20,757 nucleotides of DNA, taken from NCBI GenBank assembly GCA_964396225.1, contig CAYNEL010000013.1, positions 1 through 20,757 of the forward strand, in the 5' to 3' direction. This DNA is from an uncultured Bdellovibrionales bacterium (GTDB taxonomy: Bacteria > Patescibacteriota > Minisyncoccia > Moranbacterales > UBA1568). The notes beneath the pieces are model-generated. The model made no database searches, had not been told where the DNA came from, and saw only the letters and a list, made by a program, of their open reading frames with translations. Numbering within the stretch: the first letter of the stretch is position 1; every line of letters starts with the position of its first letter. This document shows positions 14,242 to 20,757 of this stretch, in pieces. The translations under genes and the position numbers were made by a program.

Positions 14242-14562
14242 TTACCGCGCGAAGAGGTATCCCGTCACGAGCGGGATAGCCACGATCACGACGGCCAGGG
14301 CTACCGCTCGGGCGGGACGGAGCCGGAGCACGAAGAACCCGAGCGCGCCGGAAACGACGAACACGAGAGCGTAACTCACTATCCAGCCCAAAACCGCAGT
14401 GTACGTAGCCACAAGCACGACTGGGAGGGCGAAAACAAGAGAGCGCAGGAAACGGACGCCGGCGGACACGGCCCGGTCGCCCAGGAGCCACGCGGCCGCG
14501 TACGCGAGCACGATCAGGAAACCGATGTTGATGGCGAACATGAGTACAAAAGAGGTTGGCAT
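14242..14562 (-). CDS. small integral membrane protein (106 aa, 3 predicted TM helices) between prfB and ftsE
   Basis: Hydrophobic segments FVLMFAINIGFLIVLAYAAAWLL, LVFALPVVLVATYTAVLGWIVSYALVFVV, ALAVVIVAIPLVTGYLF; 27 nt after the prfB stop, same strand. Confidence 0.6.
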   Translation of the reverse strand: MPTSFVLMFAINIGFLIVLAYAAAWLLGDRAVSAGVRFLRSLVFALPVVLVATYTAVLGWIVSYALVFVVSGALGFFVLRLRPARAVALAVVIVAIPLVTGYLFAR

Positions 14563-14589
14563 AGGGATGTGTGTTTCGATATTGGCAGA

Positions 14590-15685
14590 CTAAGCGCGCC
14601 GGGCGGCTTCGCGACGGAGATGGGCCTCCATGAAAGGCCGGAGCTCGCCGTCCAAGACATCGTGCACCTGGGGCGTTTCGTGCTTGGTGCGGTGGTCCTT
14701 GGCGAGGGTGTAAGGGTGGAGGACGTAGGAGCGGATCTGGTTGCCCCATTCAGCGCTCTTGTGCTCACCCTTGAGTTCACGCTCCTTGGCCGACTGTTCC
14801 TCCTTGGCCCGCTGAAAGAGCTTGGCCTGGAGGAGGCGCATGGCCTGCTCGCGGTTTTGGATCTGCGAACGCTCGCTCTGACAGGCCACCACGATCCCGG
14901 TGGGCAGGTGGGTCAGACGTACGGCGCTTTCGGTCTTGTTGACGTGCTGTCCGCCGGCCCCGCTCGAGCGGTAGGTATCCACCCTGAGATCCTCGGGCCG
15001 GATCTTGACCGTCTCGGCGTCATCGATTTCCGGCACCACCTCCACTAGGGCAAACGACGTCTGGCGGAGCTGATTGGCGTTGAAGGGCGAGAGTCGCACG
15101 AGACGGTGGACGCCTGCCTCGCTCCGGAGGTAGCCGTAAGCGAACTCCCCCGCCACCGAGAAGGTGACACTTTTGAGGCCGGCCTCAGTGCCGCGCGATT
15201 CGTCGAGGATGTCCGTCCGGAAGCCTTCGCGTTCGGCCCAGCGGAGGTACATCCGGAGGAGCATCTCCGCCCAGTCTTGGGCGTCCACCCCGCCGGCACC
15301 GGCGTGAATGGAGACGAGGGCGTCGTTCCGGTCGTACTCCCCCCCGAGGACGGCCTCGATTTCGAGAGCGTTGGCCTGGCGATCCAGGTCGGAGAGCTGT
15401 CCCAAGACATCCCGTTCGTCTTCGGGCGAGGCGGCCAGTGCCGAGAGCTCCTCGGCCGTCTTCACCGCCTCGGCGAACTCGTCGAAACGGCGAAGCGTCC
15501 CCTTGAGCCCTTCGAGCTCCTTCATCACGGCCCCGGCCCGCTTCGGGTCGTTCCAGAATCCAGGATCGGCGGCCAAGGCTTCGAGCTTGTGAATGTGCGT
15601 TTCCTTGGAGGCACGGTCAAAGATAGTCCTGCAAGCGCAGGAGTTTCTCTTTGAGGCTAGCGATCATCGGAGCCGCGCTTTCCAT
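14590..15685 (-). CDS. prfB: peptide chain release factor 2, expressed by programmed +1 ribosomal frameshift (segments 15685..15620 and 15618..14590)
   Basis: Frame 0 from ATG 15685 encodes MESAAPMIASLKEKLLRLQDYL then in-frame UGA within TAT CTT TGA C (the classical RF2 shift site, minus strand = plus 15625..15616). +1 frame continues DRASKETHIHKLEALAADPGFWNDP... through SPF (RLSPFNANQ) and GGQ (SGAGGQHVNKTES) motifs to the stop at 14590. The ORF track only reports the post-shift frame from an internal TTG. Confidence 0.9.
15616..15630 (-). other. RF2 autoregulatory frameshift site (AGGAC UAU CUU UGA C)
   Basis: Identical UAU CUU UGA C core to the E. coli prfB recoding site, with a GGA SD-like element a few nt upstream. 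Confidence 0.85.
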
Positions 15686-15694
15686 ACGGAGTGC

Positions 15695-15703
15695 AGTATA
15701 CCA
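15695..15703 (-). promoter_or_regulatory. extended -10 TGGTATACT 9 nt upstream of prfB ATG (near-leaderless transcript)
   Basis: Minus strand ...TGGTATACTgcactccgtATG; no room for SD. Confidence 0.55.
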
Positions 15704-15747
15704 CACAAACCCGCTCGCTACGACCATCGGAAACGCCCGGTCAGGGG

Positions 15748-15776
15748 TTGAAATTTTCCCAGGCGTGGGGTAGAGT
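15748..15776 (+). promoter_or_regulatory. promoter of tRNA-Thr: TTGAAA-17-TAGAGT
   Basis: -35 TTGAAA 15748-15753, 17-nt spacer, -10 TAGAGT 15771-15776; tRNA begins about 21 nt downstream of predicted TSS. Confidence 0.5.
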
Positions 15777-15803
15777 GGACCCCGTGACCGGTTCCGGAGT
15801 CAG

Positions 15804-15876
15804 GCCACCTTAGCTCAGTCGGCAGAGCGGCGCATTCGTAACGCGCAGGTCCCGAGTTCGATCCTCGGAGGTGGCT
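15804..15876 (+). tRNA. tRNA-Thr (anticodon CGU)
   Basis: Hand-folded: acceptor GCCACCU/AGGUGGC, U8 A9, D-arm GCUC-AGUCGGCA-GAGC (G18 G19), anticodon stem GCGCA/CGCGC (A31-C39 mismatch) with loop UU-CGU-AA, variable AGGUC, T-arm CCGAG-UUCGAUC-CUCGG, discriminator U73; CCA not encoded. Confidence 0.8.
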
Positions 15877-15885
15877 CACCCAACC

Positions 15886-15918
15886 AAAAACCCTCCCCGA
15901 TCGGGGAGGGTTTTCGTT
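15886..15918. terminator. bidirectional rho-independent terminator (tRNA-Thr on +, DsbA-like gene on -)
   Basis: AAAAA-CCCTCCCC-gatc-GGGGAGGG-TTTTCGTTTC: perfect 8-bp GC stem flanked by A-tract and T-tract. Confidence 0.85.
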
Positions 15919-15939
15919 TCAAACAGAATCGGTGCCAGA

Positions 15940-17037
15940 CTACTTGGCGAGCTCGGCGTCAATGGCCTGCTTCAGCTGGTCGGCCCCGACCGCCCCGCCG
16001 AAGAAGGTCCCGCCCACAAAGGTCCCGGGAGTACCCGAGATGCCAAACTTCTCACCCTCAGTCTTGTCGGCGTTCACCTTCTCGAGGTGCTTTTTGGAAT
16101 CGAGACATTCGTTGAAGGTGGCGGTGTTCAATCCGAGCTGACGGGCGTAGGTCTTGAAGGAACCCACGCCGGTGGTCTTGCCCCACTCGTCCTGCTTCTG
16201 GAAAAGGAGGTCGCCGTACTCGAAGAATTTGCCCTGATCGTTGGCGCAGGCTGTGGCCAGCGCGGCGCTCTCGGCCTGGAGATGGAAGGGCAGCGGGTAG
16301 TGCTTATAGACGTAGAGCACCTTGTCCTTGTACTCCTGAAGGAGCGGCTTCAGCTCAGTGTGGAGCGCCCGACAGAAGGGACACTGGTAATCGGAGTATT
16401 CGATGATCCGCACTTTGGCGTCCTTGTTCCCCCACACCAGATCGCCCTCGCCCACTGGTGGCAGTTCGAGGTATTTGCCGGCGGACATGCCGAGCTTGCT
16501 GGCGTCGAGGAAGTACCAGCCGTTCTCCTGCTTCTCAAAAAGCTGTTCGGCCTGGGCGAAGATACTCGTCTTCTCCACCTCGGGGGCGAAAAAGAAGGCT
16601 GGCACCGAAATGACCTCGGCCGCCTCGCGGAGAGACTTGCCGTCGGCGGTGTCGATGTCCACTTCCTTGGCCTCAAGCGTAGGCATCACCCGCCGGAGCG
16701 AGAGGAGGGCCTGGCTCGGGTCACAGTTCTCGCAGTCGGCGGTATCGGTCAGGACCTTGACCGAGACCTTGGGGTCGGCGTACGCCACCCAGGTCTTGCC
16801 GGCCATCTCGACCACGTCGGCCTTCTTGAGGGCCCGCTCCGAGTAGCCGCGGCCGCCGAAGAGCTGGACCACGTCCACGAAGAGGCTCCCCAGGAATAGG
16901 CCGCCCAGCACAATGGCGAGCGCTGTCAGGTTCTTCAACTGCTTGTCTTTCTTCTCCTCGGGCGAAAGCATCGCCCGTTCTTCCTCCGTCGCCGCCGTTT
17001 CCGCCTTGTGTTCCTCCGGTTGCATGTGTTCGGACAT
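15940..17037 (-). CDS. membrane-anchored DsbA-family thiol:disulfide oxidoreductase (thioredoxin fold, CPFC active site)
   Basis: Start at ATG 17037 (MSEHMQPEE...). N-terminal TM (LTALAIVLGGLFLGSLFV), C-terminal DsbA-like domain with IIEYSDYQCPFCRALH and conserved cis-Pro region (GISGTPGTFVGG). The track start at 17130 would overlap the upstream gene in another frame. Confidence 0.8.
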   Translation of the reverse strand: MSEHMQPEEHKAETAATEEERAMLSPEEKKDKQLKNLTALAIVLGGLFLGSLFVDVVQLFGGRGYSERALKKADVVEMAGKTWVAYADPKVSVKVLTDTADCENCDPSQALLSLRRVMPTLEAKEVDIDTADGKSLREAAEVISVPAFFFAPEVEKTSIFAQAEQLFEKQENGWYFLDASKLGMSAGKYLELPPVGEGDLVWGNKDAKVRIIEYSDYQCPFCRALHTELKPLLQEYKDKVLYVYKHYPLPFHLQAESAALATACANDQGKFFEYGDLLFQKQDEWGKTTGVGSFKTYARQLGLNTATFNECLDSKKHLEKVNADKTEGEKFGISGTPGTFVGGTFFGGAVGADQLKQAIDAELAK

Positions 17038-17098
17038 AGGTATCGTACCCAAAACGTTGAAGTGGATTAGAACCGACCGCCCATCCTCCACGCACCGC

Positions 17099-17431
17099 TT
17101 AGAAACCGCACGCGCCACCGCTCGCGCCACCGCTCGGGGCCATCACCGCCTCGCCCTTCTCCAGGGCTTCCTGTTCCATGGCGATGAGGTCATAGCGGGC
17201 CGGGTCCTCGACCAGGTAGTCCTGGAAGCCGATGGTAAGACGCGGCGCAGCCTCCGTCTTGGCCACGATGCCGAGACAGAAAGCGATGGCCGCCACGAGC
17301 ACGAAAACACGCTTGTCCTCCGCCAGGAGGGCGGAGAGGCCGCGCCGCACGGCGGCAACACCCTTCTCCGCGGCCGCTTTGGCGCGCGCCGCCGGGGTTT
17401 CCACGGAAGCGTTCTTTTCCAGTTCGTCCAT
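17099..17431 (-). CDS. small membrane protein (110 aa, single TM, Cys-containing) upstream of DsbA-like gene
   Basis: TM VFVLVAAIAFCLGIVA, Ala/Lys-rich N-terminus, C-terminal GGASGGACGF. The overlapping ORF 17143..17529 is Arg/Pro/Ser-rich (GC artefact) and rejected. Confidence 0.5.
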   Translation of the reverse strand: MDELEKNASVETPAARAKAAAEKGVAAVRRGLSALLAEDKRVFVLVAAIAFCLGIVAKTEAAPRLTIGFQDYLVEDPARYDLIAMEQEALEKGEAVMAPSGGASGGACGF

Positions 17432-17525
17432 AGGTGTGGGGGTGGTCCGCCGGAGGACTCCTCCGTGCTCCGCCGGCCGCCCGGGCTAAGGGAAAATCCG
17501 TACTCCCCAGTATACCGCCCCGGGC

Positions 17526-18359
17526 TCAATAGAACAAGTGGGTGGCCCCCTCGGCCTCGGCCTGCATGAGGACGTCCCGGACGATCTCCAGGAGTTCGGC
17601 CGGGGTGACGCTCGACTTCACCAGGAAAGCCTTGGCCCCGAGCTCGAGGCCGCGGTCGATGTCCTCCTGGCGGTTCAAGTTCGAAAAGACGATGATGGGC
17701 AGGCGCGGTAGGATTTCCGCCTGCCGGAGTTCGGTCATCACCTCGAATCCATCCTTGATCGGCATGACGATGTCCATAATGACGAGCTGGGGCCGTTCCT
17801 CCTTGATGCGCTGGAGGGCCTCCTCGCCATTGGCCGCGGTGAGCACCCTGCAGCCTTCCTTCTCGAGCGACTTCATGATGAGTTCCTGGAGCATCACCTC
17901 GTCCTCCACCACGAGGAGGGTCTTGTTCTTGAGGATCTTTTTGGCGTGAGCCCGGTAGAAAGGATCGGTTTTGCGCTCCTCGGCCATCTTGGCCATGATG
18001 AGGGCTTCTACTTTGGCGGTCAGGGCCGGTCCGTCGAACTGACCGGTCACTAGGCGGTCAGTGGCGCCGATGCGTTCGAGGAGCGCCACGGCTTCGGGTG
18101 TCTCCTGCTTCAGGACGCCGATGACGGGGATGGGCGGACGGCCGTCGGCGCGGGCCAGGGCCGCGGTGAAAGCGGCTTCGTCTAGGAGCGGCAGCTCGAC
18201 CGACAAGAGGATGAGGCTCGGTTCGAAGTCAGCGATCTTCTTGAGGCCGCTCGCCCCGTCCGCCACCGTCTCGATGGCATACCCGTACTGGTGCAGCGTG
18301 CGGGAGAGAAGCTCCACCACCATGGCATCCGCCTCGAAAATGAGGATTTTCTTGTGCAT
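17526..18359 (-). CDS. tandem receiver protein: N-terminal pseudo-receiver (lacks phospho-Asp, T/S and K) + C-terminal canonical REC; no output domain
   Basis: REC2 has D (QLVIMDIVMP), S (IIVFSNLN), K (AFLVKSS). REC1 keeps the fold (KKILIFEADAMVVELL...) but has Ser at the phospho-acceptor position (SLILLSVELP), V/L at the T/S position (VIGVLKQ) and T at the Lys position (DRLVTGQ). Confidence 0.85.
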   Translation of the reverse strand: MHKKILIFEADAMVVELLSRTLHQYGYAIETVADGASGLKKIADFEPSLILLSVELPLLDEAAFTAALARADGRPPIPVIGVLKQETPEAVALLERIGATDRLVTGQFDGPALTAKVEALIMAKMAEERKTDPFYRAHAKKILKNKTLLVVEDEVMLQELIMKSLEKEGCRVLTAANGEEALQRIKEERPQLVIMDIVMPIKDGFEVMTELRQAEILPRLPIIVFSNLNRQEDIDRGLELGAKAFLVKSSVTPAELLEIVRDVLMQAEAEGATHLFY

Positions 18360-18371
18360 ACGGGAGGGGGA

Positions 18372-19190
18372 TTATTCGGAAGCGGCGGGCACCCCGAGCG
18401 TCTCCCCTTTCTTGGCCAAAAGCTGTCTGACCCGCACCACCGCCTCCGAGAGGGTGACGTTTGATTTGACGATGAACTCGGTGGCGCCAAGCTCCTTGGC
18501 CCGCTCGAAATCGCGTTCCTGACTCAGGTTGGAGAAGATCACGATGGGCGTGAGGTCGAACGTCCGGTCGGCCCGCAGCTTCGCCAGGGCCTCGAAGCCG
18601 TCCGACTGGGGCATCACCACGTCGAGGAGAATGACGTCAGGACTGGTCTCGATCGCCTTCTTGACCGCACCCGCCCCGTCCTGGGCGAGCATGACGGTGA
18701 AGCCCTCTTCGGTGAACTTCTTCTGGAGCAACTCCTGGAGGAAAGGGTCGTCCTCGACCACGAGGATGGACGTACCCGCGTGGGCGGGGGCGGCGGCCGA
18801 GACGGGTGCCTCGTCTGGGAGGTATTTGTGGACCTTCTCGAGCACCTGCTCGGGGCTGAAATCGGCCTTGATGAGATAGTCTTTGGCGCCGAGCGAAAGT
18901 ACGCGGTCGATCTCCACCGGCTGACCAGAGTTTGAGATGACCACGACCGGGATCTTGGACAGCGTCCCGTCTTTTTTCATCCGTTCCAGGATCTCGTAGC
19001 CGTTCATACGCGGCAGGAGGATGTCGAGGAGGAGCAGGTCCGGGCGCCATTCCGAGAGGTGGGCAAAACCGCTTTCCCCGTCTTCGCGGAGCTCGGCGAC
19101 GTAGCCTTCTTCTTTCAGCTTCTCGACCAGGATCTCCCCGAGCACGCGCTCGTCTTCGATGACCAGGATTTTCTTCGGTTCTCCGGGCAT
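18372..19190 (-). CDS. tandem receiver protein REC-REC (both canonical), no output domain
   Basis: REC1: ILVIEDE..., DLLLLDILLP, VVVISNS, DYLIKA; REC2: ILVVEDD..., VILLDVVMP, IVIFSN, EFIVKS. 12 nt from next gene's start. Confidence 0.88.
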   Translation of the reverse strand: MPGEPKKILVIEDERVLGEILVEKLKEEGYVAELREDGESGFAHLSEWRPDLLLLDILLPRMNGYEILERMKKDGTLSKIPVVVISNSGQPVEIDRVLSLGAKDYLIKADFSPEQVLEKVHKYLPDEAPVSAAAPAHAGTSILVVEDDPFLQELLQKKFTEEGFTVMLAQDGAGAVKKAIETSPDVILLDVVMPQSDGFEALAKLRADRTFDLTPIVIFSNLSQERDFERAKELGATEFIVKSNVTLSEAVVRVRQLLAKKGETLGVPAASE

Positions 19191-19203
19191 AGGAATTGTC
19201 TGG

Positions 19204-20076
19204 TTAGCGGGTAGTCGGATCAGGGGTCTTCATATTGGGCACGGTGAAGAAAAAGGTAGTGCCTTTGCCTTCCTCGGTCTCGAACCAGATGCGGCCGCCG
19301 TGGCGTTCGATGATGGTTTTGGCGATGAACAGCCCGAGGCCCGAACCGTCGGTCTCGATCTTCATGGCGGCGGAAGAGCGGAAGAAACGGCTGAACATCT
19401 TGGACTGGTCGGCGCGAGCGATGCCGATGCCGGTATCGGCCACACTGCAGCGCACACCGTCGCCCTCGCGGTCGAGGCGCACCGTCACCGTCCCACCCGC
19501 CAGGGTGTACTTGACCGCGTTCTCAATGAGGTTCTGGAGGGCCGAGCGCATCTTCTCCGGATCGATCAGGGCCACCGGTAGGTCGGCCTCGGGCTCGACA
19601 TAGACCAGACTGACGTCGCGGTCGGAGGCCGGCCCCTTGAAATCCTCGACCACGGAGGCCACGATGTCCGGGAGGCGGAGAGGGAAGAACTGGTACCGGA
19701 ACTTGCCGGCCTCGATGCGACTCACGGTGAGGAGGTCGTTGATGAGGCGGATCATGCGCTCGTTGGACTCGAAGCCCTTGCGCACCAGGGATTTCTGCTC
19801 GTCCGAGAGCGGCGAGCGTTCGTCCTCGAGGAGCATGCTGAAGATCCACTTGACCGCCGAAAGCGGCGTGCGGAGCTGGTGGGCCGCCACCGAGATGAAT
19901 TCGGACTTGGTCTTGTCGAGCTCGCGCAGACGCTCGTTGGCCCGGGAAAGCTCGAGATCCTTGCGCACCAGCATGCGCGAGGCCTGGTCGAGCTCCTGGT
20001 TGATGCGCCGGAGGTCGTCGAGCTCGGGTTCCGAGCGGAGCGTGTCGGTCATAAGGGGTTCAGTCGCCGAGGACAT
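19204..20076 (-). CDS. cytoplasmic histidine kinase (coiled-coil + HisKA + HATPase_c; no TM, no sensor domain)
   Basis: H-box EFISVAAHQLRTPLSAV, N-box LIENAVKYT, G1 DTGIGI, G2 GSGLGLFIAKTII. Start ambiguous (ATG 20094, 20076 or 20052, all SD-less); 20076 chosen, overlapping the FIST gene stop by 17 nt. Confidence 0.85.
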   Translation of the reverse strand: MSSATEPLMTDTLRSEPELDDLRRINQELDQASRMLVRKDLELSRANERLRELDKTKSEFISVAAHQLRTPLSAVKWIFSMLLEDERSPLSDEQKSLVRKGFESNERMIRLINDLLTVSRIEAGKFRYQFFPLRLPDIVASVVEDFKGPASDRDVSLVYVEPEADLPVALIDPEKMRSALQNLIENAVKYTLAGGTVTVRLDREGDGVRCSVADTGIGIARADQSKMFSRFFRSSAAMKIETDGSGLGLFIAKTIIERHGGRIWFETEEGKGTTFFFTVPNMKTPDPTTR

Positions 20077-20757
20077 AGAGGACGATGGTTTCATTATGGA
20101 AAGTGGTGTTGCAACGTTCGATATGGCGCGTCTCGCCGGAAAGCGGCGCCTGTTCGCCGTACGTATAGAAGCCGATGAGCGGCACGTCGTGGCCGATGAC
20201 GTCCTGGATGGCCCGAATCTCGTCGCCGGCGTCCTCGCCGAAAAGCTTCTTGCGGGCGATGCAGTTGAAGACGATCAGTCCCCGGACCGGAGCCCCTTGG
20301 AGCGCCTGGAGGGCCTGGCCCGCGGCGATGCGTGCCATCTCGATGGCTTCTTTCTTACTGCCGATCATGAGCCGGATCTCGGCCCCCTCGGGCACCGCAG
20401 CGGCGCAGGTGATGGCGCCCTGCTCGTTGACCGAGAGCGGGTCACGGATGAGGTAGTCGTCGCTTTTAGGATCACGGATGCCCAAGGGATAGGTGATGGC
20501 CAGTTTGGCCAGGGTGTCGGCCCTGAGTTCGTCGGCGTAGCTGCCGAAATAATCCTCGTAGATGGAGATGGCGGGCTTGCCGTCCACCTCGTGGAGAATC
20601 GAACCTTCGGAGCGAGTGACCTTCATGGGCAGACCAATGGGGGCCCAGCCGTGGCGCACCCCGATGCCGAACTTGAGGGGGCCGGTCATCCCGAGGCCGG
20701 CCACGGCGCCCGAATACACCTGACCGTTCCAGTACTGGAAAGTCTGTTTGAACTGGA
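20060..20757 (-). CDS. FIST-domain sensor protein, C-terminal portion (gene continues past window end)
   Basis: FIST_C signatures: LIVFNCIARKKLFG (F-x-C-x-x-R), PLIGFYTYGEQAP, TTFHNETIVLYVLG. The reading frame stays open upstream of the track's GTG to the window edge (...FKQTFQYWNGQVYSGAV), so the gene is 5'-truncated by the window. Confidence 0.75.
   Translation of the reverse strand, partial: QFKQTFQYWNGQVYSGAVAGLGMTGPLKFGIGVRHGWAPIGLPMKVTRSEGSILHEVDGKPAISIYEDYFGSYADELRADTLAKLAITYPLGIRDPKSDDYLIRDPLSVNEQGAITCAAAVPEGAEIRLMIGSKKEAIEMARIAAGQALQALQGAPVRGLIVFNCIARKKLFGEDAGDEIRAIQDVIGHDVPLIGFYTYGEQAPLSGETRHIERCNTTFHNETIVLYVLGD

Noticed and set aside
14158-15654. 296-aa, 182-aa, 121-aa, 94-aa ORFs overlapping prfB
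   Set aside because: Alternative frames of RF2; RF2 identity is unambiguous (SPF, GGQ, frameshift site).
15871-16899. 342-aa plus ORF antisense to the DsbA-like gene
   Set aside because: Would start inside the bidirectional terminator and tRNA region; Gly/Leu/Val-rich antisense pattern.
17143-17529. 128-aa minus ORF overlapping the 110-aa membrane protein gene
   Set aside because: Extremely Arg/Pro/Ser-rich (RRRAPKRPRRR...), characteristic of an out-of-frame GC artefact; the 17099..17431 frame has a plausible TM helix.
1-20757. CRISPR arrays, IS elements/transposases, integrases, rRNA
   Set aside because: No regularly spaced direct repeats, no transposase/integrase-like ORFs, no rRNA-like conserved stretches seen.

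Overview
High-GC (roughly 60%+) bacterial chromosomal segment, densely coding, with most genes on the minus strand; UGA is a stop codon here (gltX, ftsX and the RF2 frameshift site all use it). Genes I can support, in order: def (N-terminal part, runs off the left edge); priA; a 2H-phosphoesterase (ThpR/LigT-like); a WecG/TagA-family glycosyltransferase; a small exported protein; gltX; an M23 peptidase with a long N-terminal coiled coil; a membrane GGDEF diguanylate cyclase; a 117-aa coiled-coil protein; msrA; a 161-aa unknown protein; a flotillin/SPFH protein; tRNA-Gln(CUG); hyp116-ftsX-ftsE-small membrane protein-prfB (one minus-strand cluster, prfB with the classical programmed +1 frameshift that the ORF track misses); tRNA-Thr(CGU); a membrane-anchored DsbA-like protein plus a 110-aa membrane protein; and a signalling cassette FIST sensor (partial, right edge) - cytoplasmic histidine kinase - REC-REC protein - pseudoREC-REC protein with no output domain anywhere. 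Many core genes have no Shine-Dalgarno; instead a -10-like hexamer sits 4-9 nt before the ATG (priA, prfB, wecG, dsbA), suggesting leaderless or near-leaderless mRNAs, whereas genes in roughly 7.3-12.5 kb carry strong SDs. I mapped many intrinsic terminators; three have the -35 hexamer TTGACA inside or abutting the hairpin. Two small basic ORFs with good expression signals (34 aa at 7330 and 42 aa at 10278-10406) lie in otherwise unexplained intergenic DNA. No CRISPR array, IS element or rRNA seen. The long antisense ORFs in the track are artefacts of high GC.
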